Assembly (NCBI GenBank): GCA_964016885.1
Contig: OZ024749.1
Span: 9,858,001-9,922,000, forward strand
From: Eledone cirrhosa
Taxonomy: Eukaryota
Direction: 5' to 3'
Length of the DNA stretch: 64,000 bases
The position numbers were made by a program, and so were the translations under genes. The notes under the pieces were generated by a model. That model did no database searches and was not told the origin of the DNA. It saw nothing but the letters and a program-made list of their open reading frames with translations. Position 1 is the first letter of the stretch. The number at the start of each line of letters is the position of its first letter. Of the stretch, positions 35,105-49,486 are shown one piece after another.

Positions 35105-36416
35105 CAGAAGAGTTTAAGACTGGCTGCCCATGGGAACTTCTATATGAAGATGATCTAACCCTCATAACTGAATCTATGGCTGAACTAGAGAAGAAATTCC
35201 AAACATGGAAGCATGGCCTAGAATTAAAAGGCCTTAAAGTTAACTTAAATAAGACTAAAGTTCTAGTATGAAGAAAGGAGAATAGGGCACAGGTGTCCTC
35301 TGGGAAATTACCTTGCTTCGTATGTAGGAAACGAGTAGGTAGAAATTCCATTCTATGTCCCAAATGCAAACTATGGGTACATAAAAGATGTAGTGGGATC
35401 ACAGGTAAACTATCTAAGAATGTAGATTTTAAATGTGGCCGATGCTCAGGTACAGTATGTAGCAAGTGCCCACTTGATACTAGCTCCTTCAACTGCCCAG
35501 ATGGTTCTATAGAAATAGTAGACACTTTCTGTTACCTGGGGGACAAAATCAGCAGTGAAGGAGGGTGTTCTGAAAATACAGTAACCAGAGTTAGAACGGG
35601 ATGGAAAAAGTTCAGAGAGCTAATACCACAGTTGGCAATAAAAGGTTTCTCTCTAAATATGAAAAGCAGATTGTATGATGCTTGTATATGAACAGCAATG
35701 TTACATGGTAGTGAGACCTGGGCATTGTGTACAGAGGATCTGCGCAGATTGGAAAGGAATGAAGCACGTATGCTCCGATGGATGTGTAATAGTAATATAC
35801 ACTAACGGCAAAATGTAAATGAACTAAGTGAGAAATTAGGCATAAGAGGGAACAATTTACTTGAGAGGAGATTACGTTGGTATGGTCATGTGATGTGTAT
35901 GAAGGACAACAGCTGCATAAAAAAGTGCAGGGTGAGGAAGCTACGGAGTAGGTAGACCCAGAAAAACCTGGGACGAGGTGATAAAAGCTGACCTTGCACA
36001 CTTGAACCACTCTAGGACAATATCACAGGATCAAGATCGTTGGCGCTATGCAGTAATACAGAAGACCCACCTTCCCTTACGTATGAACTTAAACCTACAG
36101 TCAGTAGGCACCTCTTAATCCAATATACACCAAAAAGTATTATATATATATATATATATATGTGTATGTTATGTTGGTACCACAAAACATCCAGCGAACA
36201 CTGTAAAGTGGTCATGTTGGAGACATGGCAAAAAGCACCCAGCACACACTGTCAATGTGGTTGGCGCTAGGAAGAGCATCCAACTGTAGAAAACCAGCCA
36301 GAAACACTCCTATACGAGCAAGACACGGTCATCCGACCCAACTTGCCTCAAGTGCGACAAACCCATCTAGCCTATGCTAGCGTTGAAGATAGATGTTAAA
36401 CGATGATGATGATGAT
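35105..36416 (+). mobile_element. Decayed RTE LINE 3' third
   Basis: GCPWELLYEDDL, Cys/His finger (PCFVCRKRVGRNSILCPKCKLWVHKRC), RVRTGWKKFREL, 3'UTR and (gat)n tail. Confidence 0.88.
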
Positions 36417-37719
36417 ATATATATATATATATATTTATCTATGTATTTCTTTCTCTTACTCCTTTCTCTATCTTCCTCTTACCCTTTCTATCTACCTTTT
36501 TCTCTTCCTCTGTCTCCTCCTTAATCTCTCTGAAGAAGTTGTACTTTGGCCATTTTAATCTTGATAGAGCCCTTCCCTCTCCAAGTTAGAACATGGTTGG
36601 TTTCTTTTAGAGGAAGACGGAGAAAGGAAATGAGAATGTATTGAACTTGAAATTCATTTATCAACCTCTAAAGGATGAAAGCCAATTCTGGTTTATTATT
36701 AAACTGATTTGAAAATCAAAGACAGTATCTTTCATTAGGGATATGCCTCACTTCATTTTCTCAATGAGATCGAGTTTATCACTGACTGTTAATGTTATTC
36801 TCTCTTCTTTTTTTTACCAGCTTTTCTGTAAACTTAGATATCGCGATGTGTTCATGTTCAGCTTTATTTGATTACTTCCTTTGATTTCATTCTTCTGACA
36901 TATTAAAGATGATAGCAATTCTGCACCAAACCAAAAATCATCTCCCTTACACTGCAAATCGTTAATTTCATAATTTTTGCCTATCTATCTATCTCTCTTG
37001 TAAGATTTGCAATCTATTCACAGTATCTATCAAGCTAATTACTTTTTTTATGTCATTTGTTTTAAATAATTGGTATATCTCATAACTGTTTGTGATGCGA
37101 AGGAATGCAAAAATACCTTGGTGTCTTCTTCATCACCCACTTATTCCTGAGAGGGTCATAGGGACAGAGTGCTTAAACACTCCTTCCAGGGTGTCAGTCA
37201 GAAGCAACCATCTCCAAATGATCCTGCTGGATACCCAAGCAAGACCAGCCAAGCTCATGGATGTTATCTAACCATCTTGTTGGCGGTCTACCCCTGGGTT
37301 TCCTGCCAGTTGGTTTGGCCCGTAAAATCTGTCCCACGATTCTTCCTGAGACATTCTAACCACATGCCCATAGTGTGACATTCCGAATAATAATGCTTGA
37401 TTTTGTTTAGTATCAAGTTACTCCTGAATGTGTATATTGAGGTATAGACAAGTACTTTCTCGTGTGAAGCTGCCTTATCACAGAATTATTTAATATTCGA
37501 GAGGTATTCAATTCAATGACGTTAGTTTATTTTTTCACACAATCAGGTCGTCCGTTGAGTCATGAAGTGATGGGGAGGGGAAAATTATTTATGCAGGAAA
37601 AGATTTCAAAATAACGTATAATAATAATAATAATAATTGTTTCTACTTTAGGCACAAGGCTAGCAATTACTCAGTGCATTACTGGTACTTTATTTTATCG
37701 ACCCCGTAAGGATGAAAGG

Positions 37720-38825
37720 CAATAATAATAATAATGAAATATTGTGTACAGTGCTCAGGTGCACTACAACTCTTCAAAAAGTGTATGTATAGTACATAGG
37801 GTAATGCACAAACGTCAGGAAAATGAACAGTGCATGAGTCATGATATACACATGTGTACATGGGTATGGAAGGGGTACATCAGGTGTAGTTTTGGTGAAT
37901 GCAGTGTCTCAGCAACTAACAACTGACGCAGGCAGTTTGATCCATGCTTCAGCAACTCTGAGCGTGAAAAAATGTTTCCGAAAGTCATGGGAGCTGTGCT
38001 GTTTTTTGATTTTGTAGGCATGTCCACATGTGTTAGACACATGGAGATCAAAAAGGTGCTCAGGTTAATAACTTTGGTTAATAACTTTGTGGGTGTTTAC
38101 CAAGTCCATTGCCAGACGTCGGACCTTCAATGAATCCATGCCCAGGGAAGCAAGGCATTCAGAGTATGGTAGGTGTCTGATGGAGGGTATGTGCTTGGTT
38201 GCACGTCTCTGAACAGTTTCCAGGAGGTCAATGTTCTGAGCAAGATAGGGGTTCCAGACTGATGATCCGAATTCCAAGTGTGGTCATACCATAGCTGTAT
38301 ACAGCTTTAAATAGATGGCTGGAGAGCGGCTAACAAAGGTCTTGCTGAGTGATGCCAAGACACCCTCGGCCTTCTTGACAATCTTAGAGACATGCTTTGT
38401 CCAACGCAAATCGCTGCTGACAGTAATGCCCAGGTCATGTTCACAAGAGGACTTCTTGATATCTGTGTTGTGGAGGGAGTATGTGGACGCTGGATTTTTC
38501 CTTCCAAAATGCATGGTGGTGCACTTGTCCACAGCCAGCTTCAGTTGCCAGTCTGTGATCCATTGCTGCATTGTGTCCAGGTCTGATTGTAGGAAAGAGT
38601 TGTAGATTTCAGGATCAGTCCTTTTGATTTCAAGGTACAGCTTGATGTCATCTGCATATTTCAGTACCGTGGCATTCTGTAAGTTGGCATCTATGTCATT
38701 AATATATGCCACAAACAAAAAGGGACCAAGAACAGATCCCTGTGGTACACCAGATGATATCTCATATGGTGAAGAATGCTGTCCTAGAACCGTGACTACC
38801 TCTTTTCGGCTGAGAATGAAGGATA
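37720..38825 (-). mobile_element. CR1-clade LINE 3' fragment, same family
   Basis: High identity to 32575-33680; KYADDIKLY. Confidence 0.92.
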
Positions 38826-40195
38826 TAAGTACATTTCACAAGTGCCTAGCTATTTAAATTCAAAATTATATTTAAGAAAAAATGTTTAATTATCTTTTAA
38901 TTGTAGAAAATAGTTAATATTAGTGCAAGAAGCTGGCTATGATCCTCAAAGAAAAATAATAGTTTTAGTTTCGTATCAAGAGGAAAGAATTGCCAAAGAG
39001 CAGTGAATTGGCAGTATCGGTAGAGTGTCAGACATAATAGAGTTACTTTATGGTCTGAGTTCTAATCCTGCCGAGTTTAATTTTTCCAATCATCCTTATG
39101 GGGTCGATAAAATAAAGTACCAGTAATGCACTAGGATAATTGCTGGCCTTGTGCCAAAAGTAGAAACAATTATTTAGAATTTGAAATAAGATCGTCTTCT
39201 GTTATTTTTTCATTAAAATTTTCAGTAAGACAAAACTATTTTAACTATAAATAGAAGTATATGGCTTAGTTTTGCTGCTGCTGCTTTCTTTTTCTTCCTC
39301 TCCTCCTCCCCCTTTGGCCACTTATTCCCAGAAGGGTTGTGGGGGAAGAATTCTCAAACATGCCTTCCAGTGGGTCCTGTTAGAAGCAACTGACTCCTAT
39401 TGATCCAACTGGATCCCCAAGTGTAGCCAGCCAAGCACATGGATGTTTTCCAACCATCTTATTCAAGTTCTACCCCTGTGTTTCCTTCTGGCTCTACCTG
39501 ATTTCTGAACTATGCATTCTATTGAATAACATTACTCCAAAGACCCTTTGGAGGAACCCCATTTTGGCCACTTGCATTCGCAATTGTATTATTTTCATCA
39601 TTACCCAAGATAGTTGACCATAAGTAATTAGAAATCATGAATTAGAAGCTGTAAAAATGCAGTCAAGTCGATGAAGGCAATGGTAGGTCAAGCTTAAATG
39701 ACCTTCCTATAATTTACAAAAGATATATATGAATGAAAATTGATGCTTGTGATGATGCTGGAATAGCCAAGCACCCTCATGAGCATCACCTGATACTTCT
39801 GTAAGGGAGCCATCAACAATGACAATACTGTGTTAAAGATTGGGAAAACATTTTAAAAGCAGTTTGTTTTAATTTTTACTTGTTTGCAAAGAGACACCTT
39901 GTTTTTTTTAATTATTATTTTAGAACATAAATCGATATTTTAATGAGCATTATATTCGGTGGATTGGTGGTATCAGCAGAACAGCGGACAACATTCTTTG
40001 AATCATATAATTACAGCCCTTTATGTTCTGAGTTCAAATCCTGTTGAGGTTATCTTTGCCTTTCATCCTTATAGGATCAATACAATAAAGTACCAGTAAT
40101 GCACTGGGGTCAAATTAATCGACTTTCATTTTCCCTTAAAAATGATGGCCTTGTGCCAAAAGTAGAATCAATTATATTCAGTGTAAACAAGATTG

Positions 40196-40475
40196 TCAAT
40201 ACACTGCGACACCTCTAGTGGCAATCTGGTGTGTTTGGCTACCAACCCAGGCTCTGCTACCTGTCAAGTCAAACTGTCCAAGTATTGGCTGCTCCCTGAT
40301 ATGTTGGTGGTAGAGCCTGTAGCAGTGGAGACTTCCTGTGTTCTTGGCCCTTGAATCAGATCCCTGCTCACTATCATTGGAGCAGAGTTGGCTGCCTGCA
40401 GGTGCAAGCCCCACAAATGGACTGGCAATTCCAGCACATCTCCCTCGCTATCCTCTAGGGCAATGTATTCTCCAT
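40196..40475 (-). mobile_element. Older fragment of the same CRE-like family
   Basis: cttggcccttg, gcagtggagacttc and tgcctgcaggtgcaagcc align in reverse with 26460-26620 (plus-strand reading LAVETSCVLGP), so this copy is inverted relative to the other copy. Confidence 0.5.
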
Positions 40476-40734
40476 CCTGACCAAGAGGCAGAGTTAGTTG
40501 GACGTCACACATATACACATAATCTTAACCTCTTGCATATTAACTTTTATAAATCATTATGTATATGTATATTACTGTCAACATTATAAGCATATCAAAT
40601 TATAGAACTGTACAAACAACAAATAACTAGCTGTGGCTGTCAGTATGATAAGACAATTGCCTTGCTGATTGTGGACCTACGTTGAGCTTGAACCATTGTT
40701 GGAAGAACTTTATTTACCTCAACTTGTGATGTAT

Positions 40735-41187
40735 ATCCCGTGGCATGGATACATTGAAGCTCCGATGTCTGGCAACTGACTTGGTAAACATCCACAAAAT
40801 TATTAACCATCTTGCCAACAACCCTGAGTACCTTTTTGAATTCCATGTGTCTAACACACGTGGGCATGCCTACAAAGTTAGAAAACAGCACAGCTCCCAT
40901 GACTTTCAGAAACATTTTTTCACTCTCAGAGTTGCTAAAGCATGGAACCAACTACCTGCATCAGTTGTTAGCTGTTGAGACACTGCATCCTTTAAAACCC
41001 CCATTCTTTCTGAAATTCGCCAACACTACACCTGATATTCCTCCTCCATACACACGCACACATGTATATCCTGACTCATACACTATTCACTTCCCTGACA
41101 TTTGTACATTACTCTATGTACTATATATGCACCTTTGATGAGTTGTAGTGCACCTGAGCACTGTGCACAATAATTTCATTATTATTA
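40735..41187 (+). mobile_element. CR1-clade LINE 3' end
   Basis: ORF 40745-40978 from the same family; ends gtgcacctgagcactgt...attattatt. Confidence 0.88.
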
Positions 41188-42484
41188 TCATAAACATCAT
41201 CACCATTTCACATCCATTTTTTTCATGCTCACATGAGTTAGACGAGTTGTGAGGCATGTCATGTCAGATAACCAAGTCTTATTCACACAGAACTGTTTCT
41301 GGCTTTGTTTCTATGGCTGGATGCCCTTCCTACTGCCAACCAAATTTACAATGTGCACTGGGTGTCTTTTATCTTGGCACCAAAACGACCACTTTAAATT
41401 GTGGACTGGCCACTTTTTGTCATGACATGTACACGACTACTTTACAGTGTGGACTGGACACTTTTTGTCATGACAAGAGTATGACCACTGTAGTGTGGAC
41501 TGGATGCTTGGCACATAAACAGACACTTTTTGCCATGTCACTATCATGAGCCCTTTACAGTTTGTCAGACGTTAGTCCTTCATCAGGAATAAGTAAATTT
41601 AGGAGAGGAGGGAGAGGCTGTGTGTATGAATTTAAGTTCGCGTCTATTTTTATATCCCGTTATATAGCGATTCGACCAGAAAAAGATAATTTAATAAGTA
41701 TCAGTTTTATTAAAATTAAATACTGCAGCTAATATAATGAACTGAATGAAAGCCGTGCTGCAGCATGGCCACAGCCTAATGCCTGAAACCAGAAAAAGAA
41801 TAAAATAATAACTATAAGGGGAATTTGAATTAATCAAGTATATTGTATATATAGTATTCAGTACATCACCACTTAATTTTATCAAAATTTATGCCATCAA
41901 CTTATTTTGATTATCTCCCTTGTTTCATTAAATTTTTTCAATTCGATAATTGAAAATTGTTAGTGAACATGGCTTAATGTCGTAAAATTATACAAATAAT
42001 TATACATTTTTAGTTAGTTGGGAAACTAGATTTAAATTTAAAATTATATTTAATAGAAAATAAAATAAATGATTTATAAGTTTTCTTATTTTTTTTTTAA
42101 GATTAAAAACCGGCGAATACTTCCATTGTGACTTGTGGGAACGAGACAGCTGGCAGTTTTAGTGTCGTAGAATAAAATTAATTATAATATAATTACAATA
42201 TTAAATTATATTTAATAGTTTATAAAATAAATTTAAATAAAATAAATTTTATCTAAATTTATTCCAGCTAAAAAATATAAAAAACTTTTAGTTTGCTTGT
42301 ATTTATGATGCGAAAATTTAGAATGCTGCTGAACAAGGCAGTTTTAGTGTCGTAAAATGAATTGTAGTTACTTACAAAACGAAATTACAATTTTTAGATA
42401 TAGCTTTTAAAAAATAAACGGAATTATTGATTCAGAAAATATTGAGACTTATCATTTTCTATTTTTTTAATATGTTTTACAAAG

Positions 42485-42698
42485 AGTTAATTGGCGGCTG
42501 TACGTGACACGGAAGGAAAAAGCAAGAGAAAGAAGAAGAGCGAGAGTAAGAAAGAGAGTGACGGAGAGATAGAGAAACAGAGTACGTGGGAGAGAGAAAG
42601 AAAGAAAGAGCAACAGAGATAGAGGGAGAGAAAGAAAGAGACAAAGAGAGAAGGTAGTGTAGCTTAGCGTGTTGGTGAGTGAAAGAGAAGAAATCAAC
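42485..42698 (+). promoter_or_regulatory. Putative promoter/5'UTR of the plus-strand gene
   Basis: CpG-containing motif cluster ggcggctgtACGTGAcaCGGAAGg (E-box/CRE-like plus ETS core) and a GA-rich tract, between a very AT-rich block and the ATG. Confidence 0.35.
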
Positions 42699-42758
42699 AT
42701 GGCTGAAAGGCTACCATGGGGATTGAAAACGGAAGGATTAACGCCTGGTTCCGCCAAG
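42699..42758 (+). CDS. Probable first coding exon of an unidentified gene (MAERLPWGLKTEGLTPGSAK)
   Basis: Strong start context tcaacATGGct, 20 open codons, donor AAG|gtaaaa in phase 0. Unique sequence after a promoter-like island. No downstream exon was confidently found in the window. Confidence 0.55.
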
Positions 42759-42929
42759 GTAAAATTATTCATATTATCTTCTACATCTAGATTATTTTCT
42801 ATGCCTTCCGATGTGTAGTCTTTAAAAAATCAACTTTAATTTCCATTTAACAATAGTCCATTAATAACAGGACGGGATGTGTGTGTATGTATGTGTATAT
42901 GTATGTTTATATATATCACACACACATAC

Positions 42930-42985
<56 letters not shown>

Positions 42986-43322
42986 TGTGTCTGTATGTAT
43001 GTCGGTATCGGTGTAAGAAACTTTCTCCGTCGTTTTCTATATCTTAAAATCTCTTATGAAAAAAAAAAAAAAAGTAATAATAATAATAACCCGGGAGTTC
43101 CATAAAAATAAGAGAAATAAGAATGTAATATGTGTGTGTGCCCCTGCATGGCCGGAGTCTAATGACTGAAACCAGTTAAAGAATATAGTTAGATATACAG
43201 ATATATTCCGATTACTCTATAAATTTCCCCTGTGTTCTTATAATTTGTGTCGGTGCCGCCTAGGTCCCTCGTTTCATGAGCAATAAACGTTTGTTTTTTC
43301 CGTTCTCAGTTATTCTACCAGC

Positions 43323-43372
<50 letters not shown>

Positions 43373-43424
43373 GTCGTTAATAATACAAAGACCAATATAC
43401 ACTGTATATATATATATAATTTTT

Positions 43425-43634
43425 ATATTTTATATAGAAATGACTTCTACAGGACTAGAACTGTTTCATTCGTATGAAGTCATCTGAAAAGACTTTCCTG
43501 GTGATTTCATGCGACCGAAACAGTTCTAGTCCTGTAGAAGTCATTTCTGTATAAAATAAAGATGCGTATTCTCTATTAACGTATTGAGTACCTTTTTAAA
43601 CTAGTTACCTCGCGATACCCATGGAGAACCCACC

Positions 43635-43640
<6 letters not shown>
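43425..43640. mobile_element. Fold-back Penelope-like terminal fragment with degenerate hammerhead boxes
   Basis: Arms tagaaatgacttctacaggactagaactgtttc and gaaacagttctagtcctgtagaagtcatttctg; CTGGTGA...CGAAAC; TTGAGT tail; (TA)n flanks. Confidence 0.45.
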
Positions 43641-43669
<29 letters not shown>

Positions 43670-43807
43670 GTGTGTGTTTCTGAATTTATTGTTTTACATA
43701 TATATTGCTTAACTTATTTTACTGTTTGTTTGTTTTTTATCATCAACCCATCTTCGAACTTGACATATATCTTCTTTATTAATAATTTATTTATATATAT
43801 CATTTAC

Positions 43808-43857
<50 letters not shown>

Positions 43858-44011
43858 CACATGTGTGTGTCTTTTTTATGTAGCTGTCTTCAATGTTTAT
43901 GGCTAGGTGTGTCTGTATATAAATTTATGTGTGTGTTAGGGCTCTTGAGTTATAATCTTGGCAACATATATAACTATACGTAGATGAAACCAATATATAT
44001 GTGTGTGTATG

Positions 44012-44044
<33 letters not shown>

Positions 44045-44370
44045 TTTATACGAGTATATGATATCATAAGTGTGGTGGGAGGGGACTAGATTGCGCATTG
44101 TTCAGGCTTTTTCTGTCCACCGTATTCTGAGATTTTTACCTTTTCAGGAGAAGCTTTTTGAAGTTCAAATCCCGCCGCGGTCGACTTTGTGTTTTATCCC
44201 ACTGGGATCGATCGATCAATCGATCGCTGATATAGGTACCAGACATTATGTGTGGTCTGTTAAAACAAATGCACATCACCCCTCCTCTACAAATCTATGG
44301 CTTCGTGCCATTCTAAGAAATCAATGTAATACTAGGCTGCTAAATTGACATTGCTTCACACACTCACATA

Positions 44371-44422
<52 letters not shown>

Positions 44423-47400
44423 TATGTGTGTATTTATATATACATACACTGTGTAAACACACACACACATAATGGGCCAGTGAGGGTAACTGTGTTCGTT
44501 ATGTGCTAGAAATAGCAGCTAAAATAACATCTTTACCGGTTTTTAAAATAGTAGGCACATTGGGTAATGTAATTAATGAAAGATTTCGTTTAAAAATACG
44601 ATGGGCTTGTCACGGCCGGGGCGCTTTTAACCATAAGTCTGCTGGAAAGAACATTTATATAATTTAATGGAATGGATTCCTTTTTTAATTTTTTTTTTTA
44701 TTAAATATATAAAATGTAAATTATGGTTTTATCTTCGTGGAAAACCACGAAGACTGGAAGAAAAAAAAAATGTGTAAATATGGGATTGATGATCGAAATT
44801 AGAGTGATTGATTCCCCTGACAATTGAAATCGATTCGTGGGTATTAAGGCTTCACTGAAAATCTCATATGTACACAATAGCTATCCTATACCACCACACA
44901 CCATGCTGTGTTCTAGATTGTTTGGCGTTCATGCCTTTCTTCAGGTGCATTATCAGCGCACCTGATGTGGACGATCGCTTTTAACCGTGAATCGATCGCT
45001 TGCTGAAATTCCTGGAGTGATTTTGTTGTGTTCATGCAGGGATATGGGAATTTGTGGTGTCCATGCCTTTTCCTTGTGATATTAACCAGTTGGTGTAATA
45101 TAGGAATAATCTGGAAGTAAAACCAGGGTCTTGGACTTTGCTTGCCGGTAGATCTGAATATATACATGTAGATCGATCGATAGATAGATGGATAAACAGA
45201 TAAAAATATAGGTACATCGATGAAGAGATAGGTGCATCGATGAAAACATAGATAGATAGACCGACAGCCAGGTAGATAGATATACAGGTAAAAAGATAAA
45301 TAGGTAATGGCTAAATTGAAAGCTTTAGCGTTCGTGCTTTCGTACGTGGGAGTTTTTATGAAACGAAATGTAATCTATCGGAAACATTAAATCGAAACCG
45401 GGTTGCCGCTTTGTGTCACCGTGTATTTACAAATAAGAAAAGAATATACTCGATACATGTAGAGTTTATTTCATTATTCGAATCTATTGCTGCTTCATTC
45501 TCTTGCTACTCTGAGTTTTGTTTCTTCTTTCTCTCCCCCCCCCCTCTTTCTCCCCCCCTCTCTGACTAAAAGGGTTAGCGTCTGCAAAGACATCCAGTCG
45601 CAAAACACTGCCTCAAAAAAGTCCTGTCCAACCCATGCCAACGAGAGAACGTGTAAAAAAAACCCGGTTCTGATTATGGTTTTCCGTACAAAATGATGTA
45701 GTACTCCGTAGAGGTTGGCTGGTTGAATAGAATGATGTAGTACTCCGTAGAGGTTGGCTGGTTGAATAGAGGGGTTTGGTGTCACCTCATTTGCACTGTT
45801 TTCGTATTTTGAGTAGAAAAAACAAAACAATGTTTATGCTACTAAGTCTAACTACGATCTAAATGAAGGTTTTCCAACAGACAATTCTGGCGCTGGCAAA
45901 TCCAGAGGCCCAGTCTTCGGTGATACAAGTCACTAATAACATTGGGTGGTAGATTTAATCCGTCACATGGTTTAACACAACCAGCCGACTGTGTTTCTTA
46001 TTGAGTCATCCCTCCATCGAAGGTGAAGCTCATTTTGCTTTTTTTCTAATGGCTAGAATATATGCTCACCAAACCTACATACTCATAGATTTCTCCACTA
46101 ACTGGAGCAGTTGTCAAATTAATAGTCGATTATCTGCAAAACCACTGGTGTTCAAAGTACTGAGATCATCTAATTAAACTGATGATCGCTGGATTTTTAC
46201 CGAGGCTTACTTCTCTAGATCTGACCTGTTGTGCTTGACTATCCTGTGATAGCCATATCTGAGGCACCTCATATAGGATGTGGCGCTTCACCATGCAGAT
46301 CGGCCTTCGAAATGAGAGAGGCTAGGTGCTTGAATGAGCATATATTGCACGTCATCAATTCGCTGAGTGGGATGCTGAACAGACACTGGAACACCACAAA
46401 AGACCATCTGGTGCAAACCAGTGACAGCTACTACAGCTCTGCACACTCCTAAATTCTTCTTATCGTATCCAACTCTTAAATTAACATATACATATTTACA
46501 TGTCCATACAGTATATACATATGTACACACTATTGGATGGCTGTTGACTCATGCAAGTTCCTTTGCCCTTAATCAAGTTTGTTTCATCTTGCAGTGTCCA
46601 AAATCACCCTCCTCACCAAGCAAACTTAGTGGGGTTTCTGGTTTAGTCGCCAATGACCTGACAAAGTGACGGGTTGTACTGGGTTACATGTTACCAGTAG
46701 CACTCACGAGTAACCTGACCCTTAAGTGCCTTTAATGGAGTCCATTCTGTTGCAAGCATTTGTTACAGTTCTCCAATTTAAGGATACCGTCCTTCCAACA
46801 GTATCCAAGGTCCTGAAAAGAGTCATTCACTGCCTGACCAAACAAGGAAAAGGTCTCTTCCGTTGGCACGAAGCCACAAATTTTAGGAGATGCAATATAC
46901 TAGTTGTCTGGTACTTGTGTTACTGAAACTCGGAAAGGTGAAATCTGAGGTCTTCTATTATAATTTGCAGGAGTAAGCCCATCATCTAGGACACTACATG
47001 CAATGACACGTTCACCAGTAGCAACCTGGTGAATTTAGCAACTAACCCAGGCTTCACTGCTCGCAAATTGTCAGAGTATCAGTCTCTCTGATAGGTTTAT
47101 GGTCAAACCTGTAAGACTTCTGGCATTCTTGGTCCCCGGAGCGAGCACGGTAAGTTGGAATGGTCATTTCAATACGTCTCCCTCACTATCCTCTGGTAGT
47201 AATGCTTTCTCCATTCTCTCTGCTGGAACAACAAGGCAGACTGTGCATGGGCTCCCACATCACTGGGGTAGCGATGTTATCACTATTAAATATTCTATTT
47301 CTCATATTTTCTCTCAAAACATTTCTCTTACAGCTTAGTTCGCCTTATGAGAATAGTTTGGGTTTGGGTTTTAAAATTATTTTTTTTTTTTTTTTTTTAG

Positions 47401-47903
47401 TTTAATGAGTTGCACAGTTTAAGTTGAATGTTGTCATCAGTCTCACTGGCCAGTGGGGTTGGGGGTGCTTTGAAGGCTATGGGCACACCACCCTCCCTGA
47501 TATTAAACTGAGCAGTGTGATTGTTTCCCTTCCCCAATAATTAGATAAATGGTAGCCCAGAATGAAATATGCATACAAATATATACTTTGGCTACTGATA
47601 TAGGGTCTTTTGCTTCAAAATGATATTAAAGTCTCCTCTATAGATACATACAGTAGCATGAACATGCTATCTTAAAGATAACATATTTGGTATTAACATT
47701 GAGTTTTGTATTCTATCTACCTACCTTGAGCCCTCAACTGCTGTTGGAGTCATAGGAGCACTGTCATGACATAGAGCATAAAAAACTGGCAGAGCCCATC
47801 TCTCTCTAGATTTCTGTCAGAGAGACAGTGCGATGAAGGTAACGTGATCCCAGAACATAATTTGTATTTAACTTTATCAGAGGAAGGTAATGCATTATTT
47901 TAA

Positions 47904-48146
47904 CCCTTTTGGTACCAAACTGCCTGGAATGCCAATGGTTCAATGATACAAAACTGTTTATTTTAAAGTGTTTTTTATTTATCTAAAAACCTTCCATCAT
48001 AATTCTTTGTTAGAACCTTTGTTAAGTTATGTTCCAAAGACCAGCTTAATAATGAGATTATTACTAAATTCCTCCAAATTCTCAGCTATAAAGGATTTGA
48101 AAACCCAGGCTGTCTTTCTTTCATTAGAAATATGGCAATGGGAGGG
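47904..48146. mobile_element. piggyBac-type MITE (family 2)
   Basis: TTAA|CCCTTTTGGTACC...GGGAGGG|CTAA; related fragments at 56940-57360 and 58270-58315 (ending GGTACCAAAAGGG|CTAA). Confidence 0.6.
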
Positions 48147-48150
48147 CTAA

Positions 48151-48344
48151 CCCTTTAGCATTTAAACTGGCTGTATCTGGTCAGAATTCTCTCACCTCTT
48201 TCTGTTCAAACCAGCTGTAACCAGCCACTCATACTGATGTTAAAGTATTGTTCTCAAACTAAATATCAAAATCTCATAGATTCGATATGTGAGGTAAAGC
48301 CTTTACCGTGAAAATACAATAGTAAGTATAGAGTAAAAAAAGGG
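48151..48344. mobile_element. piggyBac-type MITE (family 1) abutting the family 2 copy
   Basis: CTAA|CCCTTTAGCATTTA...AAAGGG|TCAA. Confidence 0.75.
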
Positions 48345-49278
48345 TCAATGCAGATGAATTCTTTTAATTAATGAAAGAAATATAAACACAATTAAGCTAC
48401 ACAAGTACAACAATGCCCCTACATCCTTTGAACAAAATTGTATTGTAATTCAATAAAAAATGATTGTTAGGTGATGCAACAAGTTACAACTAAAACAATA
48501 AAAAAAATATGGTGTTACTATTAGGTTGTTAAAATAAAATAAATATAGCATCAAATGGCGAATTGGCAGAGTCGTTAAGACGTCGGATAGAATGCTTTAA
48601 AGTACCCGAGACACACCATATGACGGTGCCTTTATAACTCTACAAGGAGTTAGGGGATCTTTAGCCTTATCCTTATCCAACTGGTTTGCCTCCTTAATTC
48701 CTCACTGTAATTTTTTTAAAAATTGACTCCCTCCAAACAATGCAAGGGGCTACTAAGAAGGGAAAAGGACAAGTCTGAGAGAACATAATTCAAGGAGAGA
48801 GACAGGACAGTTGGTGTTGCTTTTAAATGTTTGCAAATTGTAGTGGTCAGGAAAGCAAGTAGCTGGAAGAGAATTCCATTGGTGAGATATGTGAGGGAAG
48901 AAAATATCAGAATAGAATTCGCTACTTCTCCAAATTGAGAGATTACAGCTCCAATATTATGAACATATGGTTAGAATGTCTCAGGAAAGAATTACTGGAT
49001 AGATTTTTATGGTCCAAACCAACCAGCAAGAGACCTAGGAGTAGACCCTGAGCAAGGAGGCTAGATAAGATCCATGAGCTTGGCTGGTCTCACTTGGGGA
49101 TCTAACATCATCAATTGGAGACGGTTGCTTCTGATAGAACCCGCTGGAAGGAGTGTTTAAGGACTTTTCCCCCACAACCTTCCAAGGAATAAGCAGGCAA
49201 AGAAAAAAAATGCGATTACATTTTGGAACTTCAACTGTGAATGGATGAGACCTAGCCACTAATCTGGTGCTCCATTAA

Positions 49279-49486
49279 CCCTTTAACATTTAAACCAGCC
49301 ATAGCCAGCCAGAATTCTCTCACTTCTTTCTGTTCAAACTGGCCATGACTGGCTTCTCATACTTATGTTAAGGTATTATTCTCAAAATAAATAATATCAA
49401 AATCTCATAGATTTGATATTATGTGAGGTAAATCCTTTACTATGAAAATACAGTAGTAAATATAGAGTAATGTAAATGCTAAAGGG
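49279..49486. mobile_element. piggyBac-type MITE (family 1)
   Basis: TTAA|CCCTTTAACATTTA...TAAATGCTAAAGGG|TTAA; 14-bp TIR with one mismatch. Confidence 0.85.

Noticed and set aside
46231-46530. ORFs at 46231-46530 as a host exon
   Set aside because: Another frame shows degenerate RTE-like C-terminal remnants (AYIARHQ..W) and there is no consistent splice frame; most likely an old LINE fragment.
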